From NCBI RefSeq assembly GCF_009914755.1, contig NC_060946.1: a DNA stretch of 64,000 nucleotides; one strand, given 5' to 3'. The notes under the pieces were generated by a model. It saw only the letters and a program-made list of their open reading frames with translations. It had not been told where the DNA came from and did not search any database. Shown one piece after another: positions 25,801 to 38,300 of the stretch (position 1 is its first letter; the number at the start of each line of letters is the position of its first letter). Source of the stretch: the human T2T-CHM13v2.0 reference genome, Homo sapiens. A program made the position numbers and the translations under genes.

Positions 25801-28800
25801 TCCCTGCACTGATCACCTAGGTCTTGTAGATATTTTCTAGGATCTGCCTACAGGGTGCTTTGTGACGTGTCCCAGCAAGGATTACCCAGGTGATGTACCT
25901 CTCATCAAGGCTCTGCCTACATGCACATTGTGATGTATCTCTGCACTGATCACCTAGGTCATGGAAATTTTGTCTAGGCTCTACCTACGATGGCATTGTG
26001 ACATATCTCTGCACTAATCATCCAAGTGATGTAACTCTTGTCTAGGATGTGCCTAAATTAACTTTTTGACATAACCCTGTACTGATCATCCGGGTGATGG
26101 AACTTTTGTCTAGGCTCTGCCTAAGGGGACATTGTGACATATTTCTGCATTGATCCCCCAGGTGGCGAACTCTTCTCTCGGATCTGCCTATGGGGGCATT
26201 GTGAGAAATCTCTGCACTGATCAGCCAGGTGATGTAACAGTTGTGTAACCTCTGCCTACAGGGGAATTGTGAGAGACCTCGCCACTGATTACCCAAGTGT
26301 TGTAACCGTTGTCTAGGCTTTGCGTGCAGGGGGCTTTGTGACATACATTTGCACTGATCACCCAGGTGATGTAACACATCTAAGTTCGGCCTAAAGGAGC
26401 TTTGTGACATATCTCTGCACTGATCGCTTAGGTGATGTAACACTTTTATAATCACTGCCTACAGGGAATTTTGACAAATCTCTGCACTGATCACCTAGGT
26501 GATGTAACTCTTGTCTACCCTCTGTCCAACGGGGCATTGTGAAATATCTCTGCACAGATCACCCAGGTGATTCAACTCTTGACTAGGAACTGCCTACAGA
26601 GGTTATTGTGAAATATCTCTGCACTGATAAACTAGGTGGTGTAACCCTTGTCCAAGCTCTGCCTACAGGGGCGTTTCCACATATCCCTGAACTGATGACA
26701 GAGGTGATGTAACTCTTGTCTAGGCTTTGCCTACAGGGAACATTGGACCTATATATGCACTGATCACCCAGGTGATGCAACTCTTGCCTAGGCTTTGCCT
26801 ACAGGGGACATTGTGACATATCTCTTCAATGATCACTCATGTGATGCATCTCTTGCCTAGGCTTTGCCTACAGGGGACATTGTGACATATCTCTGCACTG
26901 ATCTCCCAGGTGCTGTAACTTTAGTCTAGGCTCTGGCTACACGGCATTGTGACATATCACTGCACTGATCAACCAGGTGATAAAACTCTTGTATAGGCTC
27001 TGCCTACAGGGGGATTGTGACCTACCTCTGCACTGATCACCCAGGTGATATAACTCTTCTCTAGGATCTTCCTACAGGGTACTTTGTGACATATCCCTGC
27101 ACTGATCACCCAGGTGATCTATCTCTGGTCTAAGCTCTGCCTAAAGGGGCATTGTGACAGATCTCTGCACTGATCACTCAGGTGATGTAAGTATTGTCTA
27201 GGCTCTGCTTCAAGGGGCCTTGTCTCATATCTCTGCACTGATCACCCAGGTGATGTAACTCTTGTCTAGGCTCTGCTTCCAGGGCATATTGTGACATATC
27301 TATGCACTGATCACCTTAGTGATGTAACACTTTGGTAGGCTCGGCCTACAGGGGAATCTTGACATATCTCCGCACTGTTAACCGAGGTGATTTAACTCTT
27401 CTCTAGGTTGTGCCCACAGGGGGATTGAGACATATCTCTGCACTGATCCCGAGGTGATACAACTCTTGCCTGGTCTCTGCCTACTGTGGACATTGTGACA
27501 TATCTCTGCACTGATCTCCCAGGTGCTGTAACTTTAGTCTAGGCTCTGGCTACACGGCATTGTGACATATCACTGCACTGATCACCCAGGCGATATAACT
27601 CTTCTCTAGGATCTGACCACAGGGTGCTTTGTGACATATCCCTGCAATGATCACCCAGGTGATATACCACTTGCCAAGGCTCTGCCTACAGGGGCATTGC
27701 AATGTATCTCTGCACTGATCACCTAGGTCTTGTAGATATTTTCTAGGATCTGCCTACAGGGTGCTTTGTGACGTGTCCCAGCAAGGATTACCCAGGTGTT
27801 GTACCTCTCATCAAGGCTCTGCCTACAGGCACATTGTGATGTATCTCTGCACTGATCACCTAGGTCATGGAAATTTTGTCTAGGCTCTACCTACGATGGC
27901 ATTGTGACATATCTCTGCACTAATCATCCAAGTGATGTAACTCTGGTCTAGGATGTGCCTAAATTAACTTTTTGACATAACCCTGTACTGATCATCCAGG
28001 TGATGGAGCTTTTGTCTAGGCTCTGCCTAAGGGGGCATTGTGACATATTTCTGCATTGATCCCCCAGGTGGCGAACTCTTCTCTCGGATCTGCCTATGGG
28101 GGCATTGTGAGAAATCTCTGCACTGATCACCCAGGTGATGTAACTGTTGTGTAACCTCTGCCTACAGGGGAATTGTGAGAGATCTCGCCACTGATTACCC
28201 AAGTGATGTAACCGTTGTCTAGGCTTTGCGTACAGGGGGCTTTGTGACATACCTTTGCACTGATCACCCAGGTGATGTAACACATCTAAGTTCGGCCTAA
28301 AGGAGCTTTGTGACATATCTCTGCACTGATCGCTTAGGTGATGTAACACTTTTATAATCATTGCCTACAGGGAATTTTGACAAATCTCTGCACTGATCAC
28401 CTAGGTGATGTAACTCTTGTCTACCCTCTGTCCAACGGGGCATTGTGAAATATCTCTGCACTGATCACCCAGGTGATTCAACTCTTGACTAGGAACTGCC
28501 TACAGAGGTTATTGTGAAATATCTCTGCACTGATAAACTAGGTGGTGTAACCCTTGTCAAAGCTCTGCCTACAGGGGCATTTCCACATATCCCTGAAATG
28601 ATGACAGAGCTGATGTAACTCTTGCCTAGGCTTTGCCTACAGGGAACATTGGACATATATCTGCACTGATCACCCAGGTGATGCAATTCTTGCCTAGGCT
28701 TTGCCTACAGGGGACATTGTGACATATCTCTTCAATGATCACACATGTGATGCATATCTTGCCTAGGCTTTGCCTACAGGGGACATTGTGACATATCTCT

Positions 28801-31800
28801 GCACTGATCTCCCAGGTGCTGTAACTTTAGTCTAGGCTCTGGCTACACGGCATTGTGACATATCACTGCACTGATCAACCAGGTGATAAAACTCTTGTAT
28901 AGTCTCTGCCTACAGGGGGATTTTGACCTACCTCTGCACTGATCACCCAGGTGATATAACTCTTCTCTAGGATCTTCCTACAGGGTACTTTGTGACATAT
29001 CCCTGCACTGATCACCCAGGTGATCTATCTCTGGTCTAAGCTCTGCCTAAAGGGGCATTGTGACAGATCTCTGCACTGATCACTCAGGTGATGTAAGTAT
29101 TGTCTAGGCTCTGCTTCAAGGGGCCTTGTCACATATCTCTTCACTGATCACCCAGGTGATGTCACTCTTGTCTAGGCTCTGCTTCCAGGGCATATTGTGA
29201 CATATCTATGCACTGATCACCTTAGTGATGTAACACTTTGGTAGGCTCGGCCTACAGGGGAATCTTGACATATCTCTGCACTGTTAACCGAGGTGATTTA
29301 ACTCTTGTCTAGGTTGTGCCCACAGGGGGATTGAGACATATCTCTGCACTGATCCCGAGGTGATACAAATCTTGCCTGGTCTCTGCCTACTGTGGACATT
29401 GTGACATATCTCTGCACTGATCTCCCAGGTGCTGTAACTTTAGTCTAGGCTCTGGCTACAAGGCATTGTGACATATCACTGCACTGATCACCCAGGCGAT
29501 ATACCTCTTCTCTAGGATCTGACCACAGGGTCCTTTGTGACATATACCTGCAATGATCACCCAGGTGATATAACACTTGCCAAGGCTCTGCCTACAGGGG
29601 CATTGCAATGTATCTCTGCACTGATCACCTAGGTCTTGTAGATATTTTCTAGGATCTGCCTACAGGGTGCTTTGTGACGTGTCCCAGCAAGGATTACCCA
29701 GGTGATGTACGTCTCATCAAGGCTCTGCCTACAGGCACATTGTGATGTATCTCTGCACTGATCACCTAGGTCATGTAAATTTTGTCTAGGCTCTACCTGC
29801 GATGGCATTGTGACATATCTCTGCACTAATCATCCAAGTGATGTAACTCTTGTCTAGGATGTGCCTAAATTAACTTTTTGACATAACCCTGTACTGATCA
29901 TCCAGGTGATGGAGCTTTTGTCTAGGCTCTGCCTAAGGGGGCATTGTGACATATTTCTGCATTGATCCCCAAGGTGGCGAACTCTTCTCTCGGATCTGCC
30001 TATGGGGGCATTGTGAGAAATCTCTGCACTGATGACCCAGGTGATGTAACTGTTGTGTAACCTCTGCCTACAGGGGAATTGTGAGAGATCTCGCCACTGA
30101 TTACCCAAGTGATGTAACCGTTGTCTAGGCTTTGCGTACAGGGGGCTTTGTGACTTACCTTTGCACTGATCACCCAGGTGATGTAACACATCGAAGTTCG
30201 GCCTAAAGGAGCTTTGTGACATATCTGTGCACTGATCGCTTAGGTGATGTAACACTTTTATAATCGCTGCCTACAGGGAATTTTGACAAATCTCTGCACT
30301 GATCACCTAGGTGATGTAACTCTTGTCTACCCTCTGTCCAACGGGGCATTGTGAAATATCTCTGCACTGATCACCCAGGTGATTCAACTCTTGACTAGGA
30401 ACTGCCTACAGAGGTTATTGTGAAATATCTCTGCACTGAGAAACTAGGTGGTGTAACCCTTGTCCAACCTCTGCCTACAGGGGCGTTTCCACATATCCCT
30501 GAACTGATGACAGTGGTGATGTAACTCTTGCCTAGGCTTTGCCTACAGGGAACATTGGACATATATCTGCACTGATCACCCAGGTGATGCAACTCTTGCC
30601 TAGGCTTTGCCTACAGGGGACATTGTGACATATCTCTTCAATGATCACTCATGTGATGCATCACTTGCCTAGGCTTTGCCTACAGGGGACATTGTGACAT
30701 ATCTCTGCACTGATCTCCCAGGTGCTGTAACTTTAGTCTAGGCTCTGGCTGCACGGCATTGTGACATATCACTGCACTGATCAACCAGGTGATATAACTC
30801 TTGTATAGGCTCTGCCTACAGGGGGATTGTGACCTACCTCTGCACTGATCACGCAGGTGATATAACTCTTCTCTAGGATCTTCCTAAAGGGTACTTTGTG
30901 ACATATCCCTGCACTGATCACCCAGGTGATCTATCTCTGATCTAAGCTCTGCCTAAAGGGGAATTGTGACAGATCTCTGCACTGATCACTCAGGTGATGT
31001 AAGTATTGTCTAGGCTCTGCTTCAAGGGGCCTTGTCACATATCTCTGCACTGATCACCCAGGTGATGTAACTCTTGTCTAGGCTCTGCTTCCAGGGCATA
31101 TTGTGACATATCTATGCACTGATCACCTTAGTGATGTAACACTTTGGTAGGCTCGGCCTACAGGGGAATCTTGACATATCTCTGCACTGTTAACCGAGGT
31201 GATTTAACTCTTGTCTAGTCTGTGCCCACAGGGGGATTGAGACATATCTCTGCACTGATCCCGAGGTGATACAACTCTTGCCTGGTCTCTGCCTACTGTG
31301 GACATTGTGACATATCTCTGCACTGATCTCCCAGGTGCTGCAACTTTAGTCTAGGCTCTGGCTACACGGCATTGTGACATATCACTGCACTGATCACCCA
31401 GGCGATATAACTCTTCTCTAGGATCTGACCACAGGGTGCTTTGTGACATATCCCTGCAATGATCACCCAGGTGATATACCACTTGCCAAGGCTCTGCCTA
31501 CAGGGGCATTGCAATGTATCTCTGCACTGATCACCTAGGTCTTGTAGCTATTTTCTAGGATCTGCCTACATGGTGCTTTGTGACGTGTCCCAGCAAGGAT
31601 TACCCAGGTGATGTACCTCTCATTAAGGCTCTGCCTACAGGCACATTGTGATGTGTCTCTGCACTGATCACCTAGGTCATGTAAATTTTGTCTAGGCTCT
31701 ACCTACGATGGCATTGTGACATATCTCTGCACTAATCATCCAAGTGATGTAACTCTTGTCTAGGATGTGCCTAAATTAACTTTTTGACATAACCCTGTAC

Positions 31801-32343
31801 TGATCATCCAGGTGATGGAGCTTTTGTCTAGGCTCTGCCTAAGGGGGCATTGTGAGATATTTCTACATTGATCCCCCAGGTGGCGAACTCTTCTCTCGGA
31901 TCTGCCTATGGGGGCATTGTGAGAAATCTCTGCACTGATCACCCAGGTGATGTAACTGTTGTGTAACCTCTGCCTACAGGGGAATTGTGAGAGATCTCGC
32001 CACTGATTACCCAAGTGATGTAACCGTTGTCTAGGCTTTGCGTACAGGGGGCTTTGTGACATACCTTTGCACTGATCACCCAGGTGATGTAACACATCGA
32101 AGTTCGGCCTAAAGGAGCTTTGTGGCATATCTCTGCACTGATCGCTTAGGTGATGTAACACTTTTATAATCACTGCCTACAGGGAATTTTGACAAATCTC
32201 TGCACTGAACACCTAGGTGATGTAACTCTTGTCTACCCTCTGTCCAACGGGGCATTGTGAAATATCTCTGCACTGATCACCCAGGTGATTCAACTCTTGA
32301 CTAGGAACAGCCTACAGAGGTTATTGTGAAATATCTCTGCACT
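1849..32343 (+). repeat. Block of 16 canonical 28-mer HOR units (1906 bp; one 1905 bp)
   Basis: M1 landmarks at 1849, 3755, 5661, 7567, 9473, 11379, 13285, 15191, 17097, 19003, 20909, 22815, 24720, 26626, 28532 and 30438. Net 1-bp loss near 23925 (gtagaaattcctagg vs gtagatattttctagg). Confidence 0.93.
7567..9472 (+). repeat. Representative canonical HOR unit: 28 monomers, 1906 bp
   Basis: Monomer starts counted at 7567, 7635, 7703, 7772, 7841, 7908, 7976, 8045, 8113, 8181, 8250, 8318, 8386, 8454, 8521, 8590, 8658, 8727, 8795, 8863, 8931, 8999, 9066, 9134, 9203, 9269, 9336 and 9404; next unit at 9473. The ORF track repeats with the same 1906-bp period (5077, 6983, 8889, 10795...). Confidence 0.95.
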
Positions 32344-35300
32344 GATAAACTAGGTGGTGTAACCCTTGTCCAAGCTCTGCCTACAGGGTGGTTTCCACAT
32401 ATCCCTGAACTGATGACAAAGGTGATGTAACTCTTGCCTAGGCTTGGCCTACAGGGAACATTGGACATATATCTGCACTTGCCTACAGGGGACATTGTGA
32501 CATATCTCTTCAATGATCACTCATGTGATGCATCTCTTGCCTAGGCTTTGCCTACAAGAGACATTGTGACATATCTCTGCACTGATCTCCCAGGTGTTGT
32601 AACTTTAGTCTAGGCTTTGGCCACACGGCATTGTGACCTACCTCTGCACTGATCACCCAGGTGATATAACTCTTCTCTAGGATCTGCCTACAGGGTACTT
32701 TGTGACATATCCCTGCACTGATCACCCAGGTGATCTAACTCTGGTCTAAGCTCTGCCTAAAGGGGCATTGTGACAGATCTCTGCACTGATCACTCTGGTG
32801 ATGTAAGTATTGTCTAGGCTCTGCTTCAAGGGGCCTTGTCACATATCTCTGCACTGATCACCCAGGTGATGTAACTCTTGTCTAGGCTCTGCTTCCAGGG
32901 CATATTGTGACATATCTATGCACTGATCACCTTAGTGATGTAACACTTTGGTAGGCTCGGCCTACAGGGGAATCTTGACATATCTCTGCACTGTTAACCG
33001 AGGTGATTTAACTCTTGTCTAGGCTGTGCCCTCAGGGTGATTGAGACATATCTCTGCACTGATCCCGAGGTGATACAATTCTTGCCTGGTCTCTGCCTAC
33101 TGTGGACATTGTGACATATCTCTGCACTGATCTCCCAGGTGCTGTAACTTTAGTCTAGGCTCCGGCTACACGGCATTGTGACATATCACTGCACTGATGA
33201 CCCAGGCGATATAACTCTTCTCTAGGATCTGACCACAGGGTGCTTTGTGACATATCCCTGCAATGATCACCCAGGTGATATACCAGTTGCCAAGGCTCTG
33301 CCTACAGGGGCATTGCAATGTATCTCTGCTCTGATCACCTAGTTCTTGTAGCTATTTTCTAGGATCTGCCTACAGGGTGCTTTGTGACGTGTCCCAGCAA
33401 GGATTACCCAGGTGATGTACCTCTCATCAAGGCTCTGCCTACAGGCACATTGTGATGTATCTCTGCACTGATCACCTAGGTCATGTAACTTTTTTCTAGG
33501 CTCTACCTACGATGGCATTGTGACATATCTCTGCACTAATCATCCAAGTGTTGTAACTCTTGTCTAGGATGTGCCTAAATTAACTTTTTGACATAACCCT
33601 GTACTGATCATCCAGTTGATGGAGCTTTTGTCTAGGCTCTGCCTAAGGGGGCATTGTGACATATTTCTGCATTGATCACCCAGGTGGCGAACTCTTCTCT
33701 CGGATCTGCCTATGGGGGCATTGTGAGAAATGTCTGCACTGATCACCCAGGTGATGTAACTGTTGTGTAACCTCTGCCTACAGGGGAATTGTGAGAGATC
33801 TCGTCACTCATTACCCAAGTGATGTAACCATTGTCTAGGCTTTGCGTACAGGGTGCTTTGTGACATATCTTTACACTGATCACCCAGCTGATGTAACACA
33901 TCTAAGTTCGGCCTGAAAGAGCTTTGTGACATATCTGTGCACTGATCACTTAGGTGATGTAACACTTTTATAATCACTGCCTACAGGGAATTCTGACAAA
34001 TCTCTGCACTGATCACCTAGGTGATGTAACTCTTGTCTACCCTCTGTCCAACGGGGCATTGTGAAATATCTCTGCACTGATCACCCAGGTGATTCAACTC
34101 TTGACTAGGAACTGCCTACAGAGGTTATTGTGAAATATCTCTGCACTGATAAACTAGGTGGTGTAACCCTTGTCCAAGCTCTGCCTACAGGGTGGTTTCC
34201 ACATATCCCTGAACTGATGACAAAGGTGATGTAACTCTTGCCTAGGCTTTGCCTACAGGGAACATTGGACATATATCTGCACTGATCACCCAGGTGATGC
34301 AACTCCTGCCTAGGCTTTGCCTTCAGGGGACATTGTGACATATCTCTTGAATGATCACTCATGTGATGCATCTCTTGCCTAGCCTTTGCCTACAGGGGAC
34401 ATTGTGACATATCTCTGCACTGATCTCCCAGATGCTGTAACTTTAGTCTAGGCTCTGGCTACACGGCATTGTGACCTACTTCTGCACTGATCACCCAGGT
34501 GATATAACTCTTCTCTAGGATCTGCCTACAGGGTACTTTGTGACATATCCCTGCACTGATCACCCAGGTGATCTAACTCTGGTCTAAGCTCTGCCTAAAG
34601 GGGCATTGTGACAGATCTCTGCACTGATCACTCTGGTGATGTAAGTATTGTCTAGGCTCTGCTTCAAGGGGCCTTGTCACATATCTCTGCACTGATCACC
34701 CAGGTGATGTAACTCTTGTCTAGGCTCTGCTTCCAGGGCATATTGTGACATATCTATGCACTGATCACCTTAGTGATGTAACACTTTGGTAGGCTCGGCC
34801 TAAAGGGGAATCTTGACATATCTCTGCACTGTTAACCGAGGTGATTTAACTCTTGTCTAGGCTGTGCCCACAGGGAGATTGAGACATATCTCTGCACTGA
34901 TCCCGAGGTGATACAACTCTTGCCTGGTCTCTGCCTACAGTGGACATTGTGACATATCTCTGCACTGATCTCCCAGGTGCTGTAACTTTAGTCTAGGCTC
35001 TGGCTACACGGCATTGTGACATATCACTGCACTGATCACCCAGGCGATATAACTCTTCTCCAGGATCTGACCACAGGGTGCTTTGTGATATATCCCTGCA
35101 ATGATCACCCAGGTGATATACCACTTGCCAAGGCTCTGCCTACAGGGGCATTGCAATGTATCTCTGCACTGATCACCTAGGTCTTGTAGCTATTTTCTAG
35201 GATCTGCCTACAGGGTGCTTTGTGACGTGTCCCAGCAAGGATTACCCAGGTGATGTACCTCTCATCAAGGCTCTGCCTACAGGCACATTGTGATGTATCT

Positions 35301-38300
35301 CTGCACTGATCACCTCGGTCATGTAACTTTTTTCTAGGCTCTACCTACGATGGCATTGTGACATATCTCTGCACTAATCATCCAAGTGTTGTAACTCTTG
35401 TCTAGGATGTGCCTAAATTAACTTTTTGACATAACCCTGTACTGATCATCCAGGTGATGGAGCTTTTGTCTAGGCTCTGCCTAAGGGGGCATTGTGACAT
35501 ATTTCTGCATTGATCATCCAGGTGGCGAACTCTTCTCTCGGATCTGCCTATGGGGGCATTTTGAGAAACCTCTGCACTGATCACCCAGGTGATGTAACTG
35601 TTTTGTAACCTCTGCCTACAGGGGAATTGTGAGAGATCTCGTCACTCATTACCCAAGTGATGTAACCACTGTCTAGGCTTTGCGTACAGGGGGCTTTGTG
35701 ACATACCTTTGCACTGATCACCCAGGTGATGTAACACATCTAAGTTCGGCCTAAAGGAGCTTTGTGACATATCTCTGCACTGATCACTTACGTGATGTAA
35801 CACTTTTATAATCACTGCCTACCGGGAAGTTTGACAAATCTCTGCACTGATCACCTAGGTGATGTAACTCTTGTCTACCCTCTGTCCAACGGGGCATTGT
35901 GAAATCTCTCTGCACTGATCACCCAGGTGATTCAACGCTTGACTAGGAACTGCCTACAGAGGTTATTGTGAAATATCTCTGCACTGATAAACTAGGTGGT
36001 GTAACCCTTGTCCAAGCTCTGCCTACAGGGTCGTTTCCACATATCCCTGAACTGATGACAAAGGTGATGTAACCCTTGCCTAGGCTTTGCCTACAGGGAA
36101 CATTGGACATATATCTGCACTGATCACCCAGGTGATGCAACTCTTGCCTAGGCTTTGCCTTCAGGGGACATTGTGACATATCTCTTCAATGATCACTCAT
36201 GTGATGCATCTCTTGCCTAGGCTTTGCCTACAGGGGACATTGTGACATATCTCTGCACTGATCTCCCAGGTGCTGTAACTTTAGTCTAGGCTCTGGCTAC
36301 ACGGCATTGTGACCTACTTCTGCACTGATCACCCAGGTGATATAACTCTTCTCTAGGATCTGCCTACAGGGTACTTTGTGACATATCCCTGCACCGATCA
36401 CCCAGGTGATCTAACCCTGGTCTAAGCTCTGCCTAAAGGGGCTTTGTGACAGATCTCTGCACTGATTACTCTGGTGATGTAAGTATTGTCTAGGCTCTGC
36501 TTCAAGGGGCCTTGTCACATATCTCTGCACTGATCACCCAGGTGATGTAACTCTTTTCTAGGCTCTGCTTCCAGGGCATATTGTGACATATCTATGCACT
36601 GATCACCTTAGTGATGTAACACTTTGGTAGGCTCGGCCTACAGGGGAATCTTGACATATCTCTGCACTGTTAACCGAGGTGATTTAACTCTTGTCTAGGT
36701 TGTGCCCACAGGAGAATTGAGACATATCTCTGCACTGATCCCGAGGTGATACAACTCTTGCCTGGTCTCTGCCTACGGTGGACATTGTGACATATCTCTG
36801 CACTGATCTCCCAGGTGCTGTAACTTTAGTCTAGGCTCTGGCTACACGGCATTGTGACATATCACTGCACTGATCACCCAGGCGATACAACTCTTCTCCA
36901 GGATCTGACCACAGGGTGCTTTGTGATATATCCCTGCAATGATCACCCAGGTGATATACCACTTGCCAAGGCTCTGTCTACAGGGGCATTGCAATGTATC
37001 TCTGCACTGATCACCTAGGTCTTGTAGCTATTTTCTAGGATCTGCCTACAGGGTGCTTTGTGACGTGTCCCAGCAAGGATTACCCAGGTGATGTACCTCT
37101 CATCAAGGCTCTGCCTACAGGAACATTGTGCTGTATCTCTGCACTGATCACCTCGGTCATGTAACTTTTCTAGGCTATACCTACGATGGCATTGTGACAT
37201 ATCTCTGCACTAATCATCCAAGTGATGTAACTCTTGTCTAGGATGTGCCTAAATTAACTTTTTCACATAACCCTGTACTGATCATCCAGGTGATGGAGCT
37301 TTTGTCTAGGCTCTGCCTAAGGGGGCATTGTGACATATTTCTGCATTGATCCCCCAGGTGGCGAACTCTTCTCTCGCATCTGCCTATGGGGGCATTGTGA
37401 GAAATGTCTGCACTGATCACCCAGGTGATGTAACTGTTGTGTAACCTCTGCCTACAGGGGAATTGTGAGAGATCTCGTCATTCATTACCCAAGTGATGTA
37501 ACCATTGTCTAGGCTTTGCGTACAGGGGGCTTTGTGACATACCTTTGCACTGATCACCCAGGTGATGTAACACATCTAAGTTCGGCCTAAAGGAGCTTTG
37601 TGACATATCTCTGCACTGATCACTTACGTGATGTAACACTTTTATAATCACTGCCTACAGGGAATTTTGACAAATCTCTGCACTGATCTCCTAGGCGATG
37701 TAACTCTTGTCTACCCTCTGTCCAACGGGGCATTGTGAAATATCTCTGCACTGATCACCCAGGTGATTCAACTCTTGACTTGGAACTGCCTACAGAGGTT
37801 ATTGTGAAATATCTCTGCACTGATAAACTAGGTGGTGTAACCCTTGTCCAAGCTCTGCCTACAGGGTCGTTTCCACATATCCCTGAACTGATGACAAAGG
37901 TGATGTAACCCTTGCCTAGGCTTTGCCTACAGGGAACAATGGACATACATCTGCACTGATCACCCAGGTGATGCAACTCTTGCCTAGGCTTTGCCTACAG
38001 GGGACATTGTGACATATCTCTTCAATGATCACTCATGTGATGCATCTCTTGCCTAGGCTTTGCCTACAGGGGACATTGTGACATATCTCTGCACTGATCT
38101 CCCAGGTGCTGTAACTTTAGTCTAGGCTTTGGCTACACGGCATTGTGACCTACCTCTGCACTGATCACCAAGGTGATATAACTCTTCTCTAGGATCTGCC
38201 TACAGGGTACTTTGTGACATATCCCTGCACTGATCACCCAGGTGATCTAACTCTGGTCTAAGCTCTGCCTAAAGGGGCATTGTGACAGATCTCTGCACTG

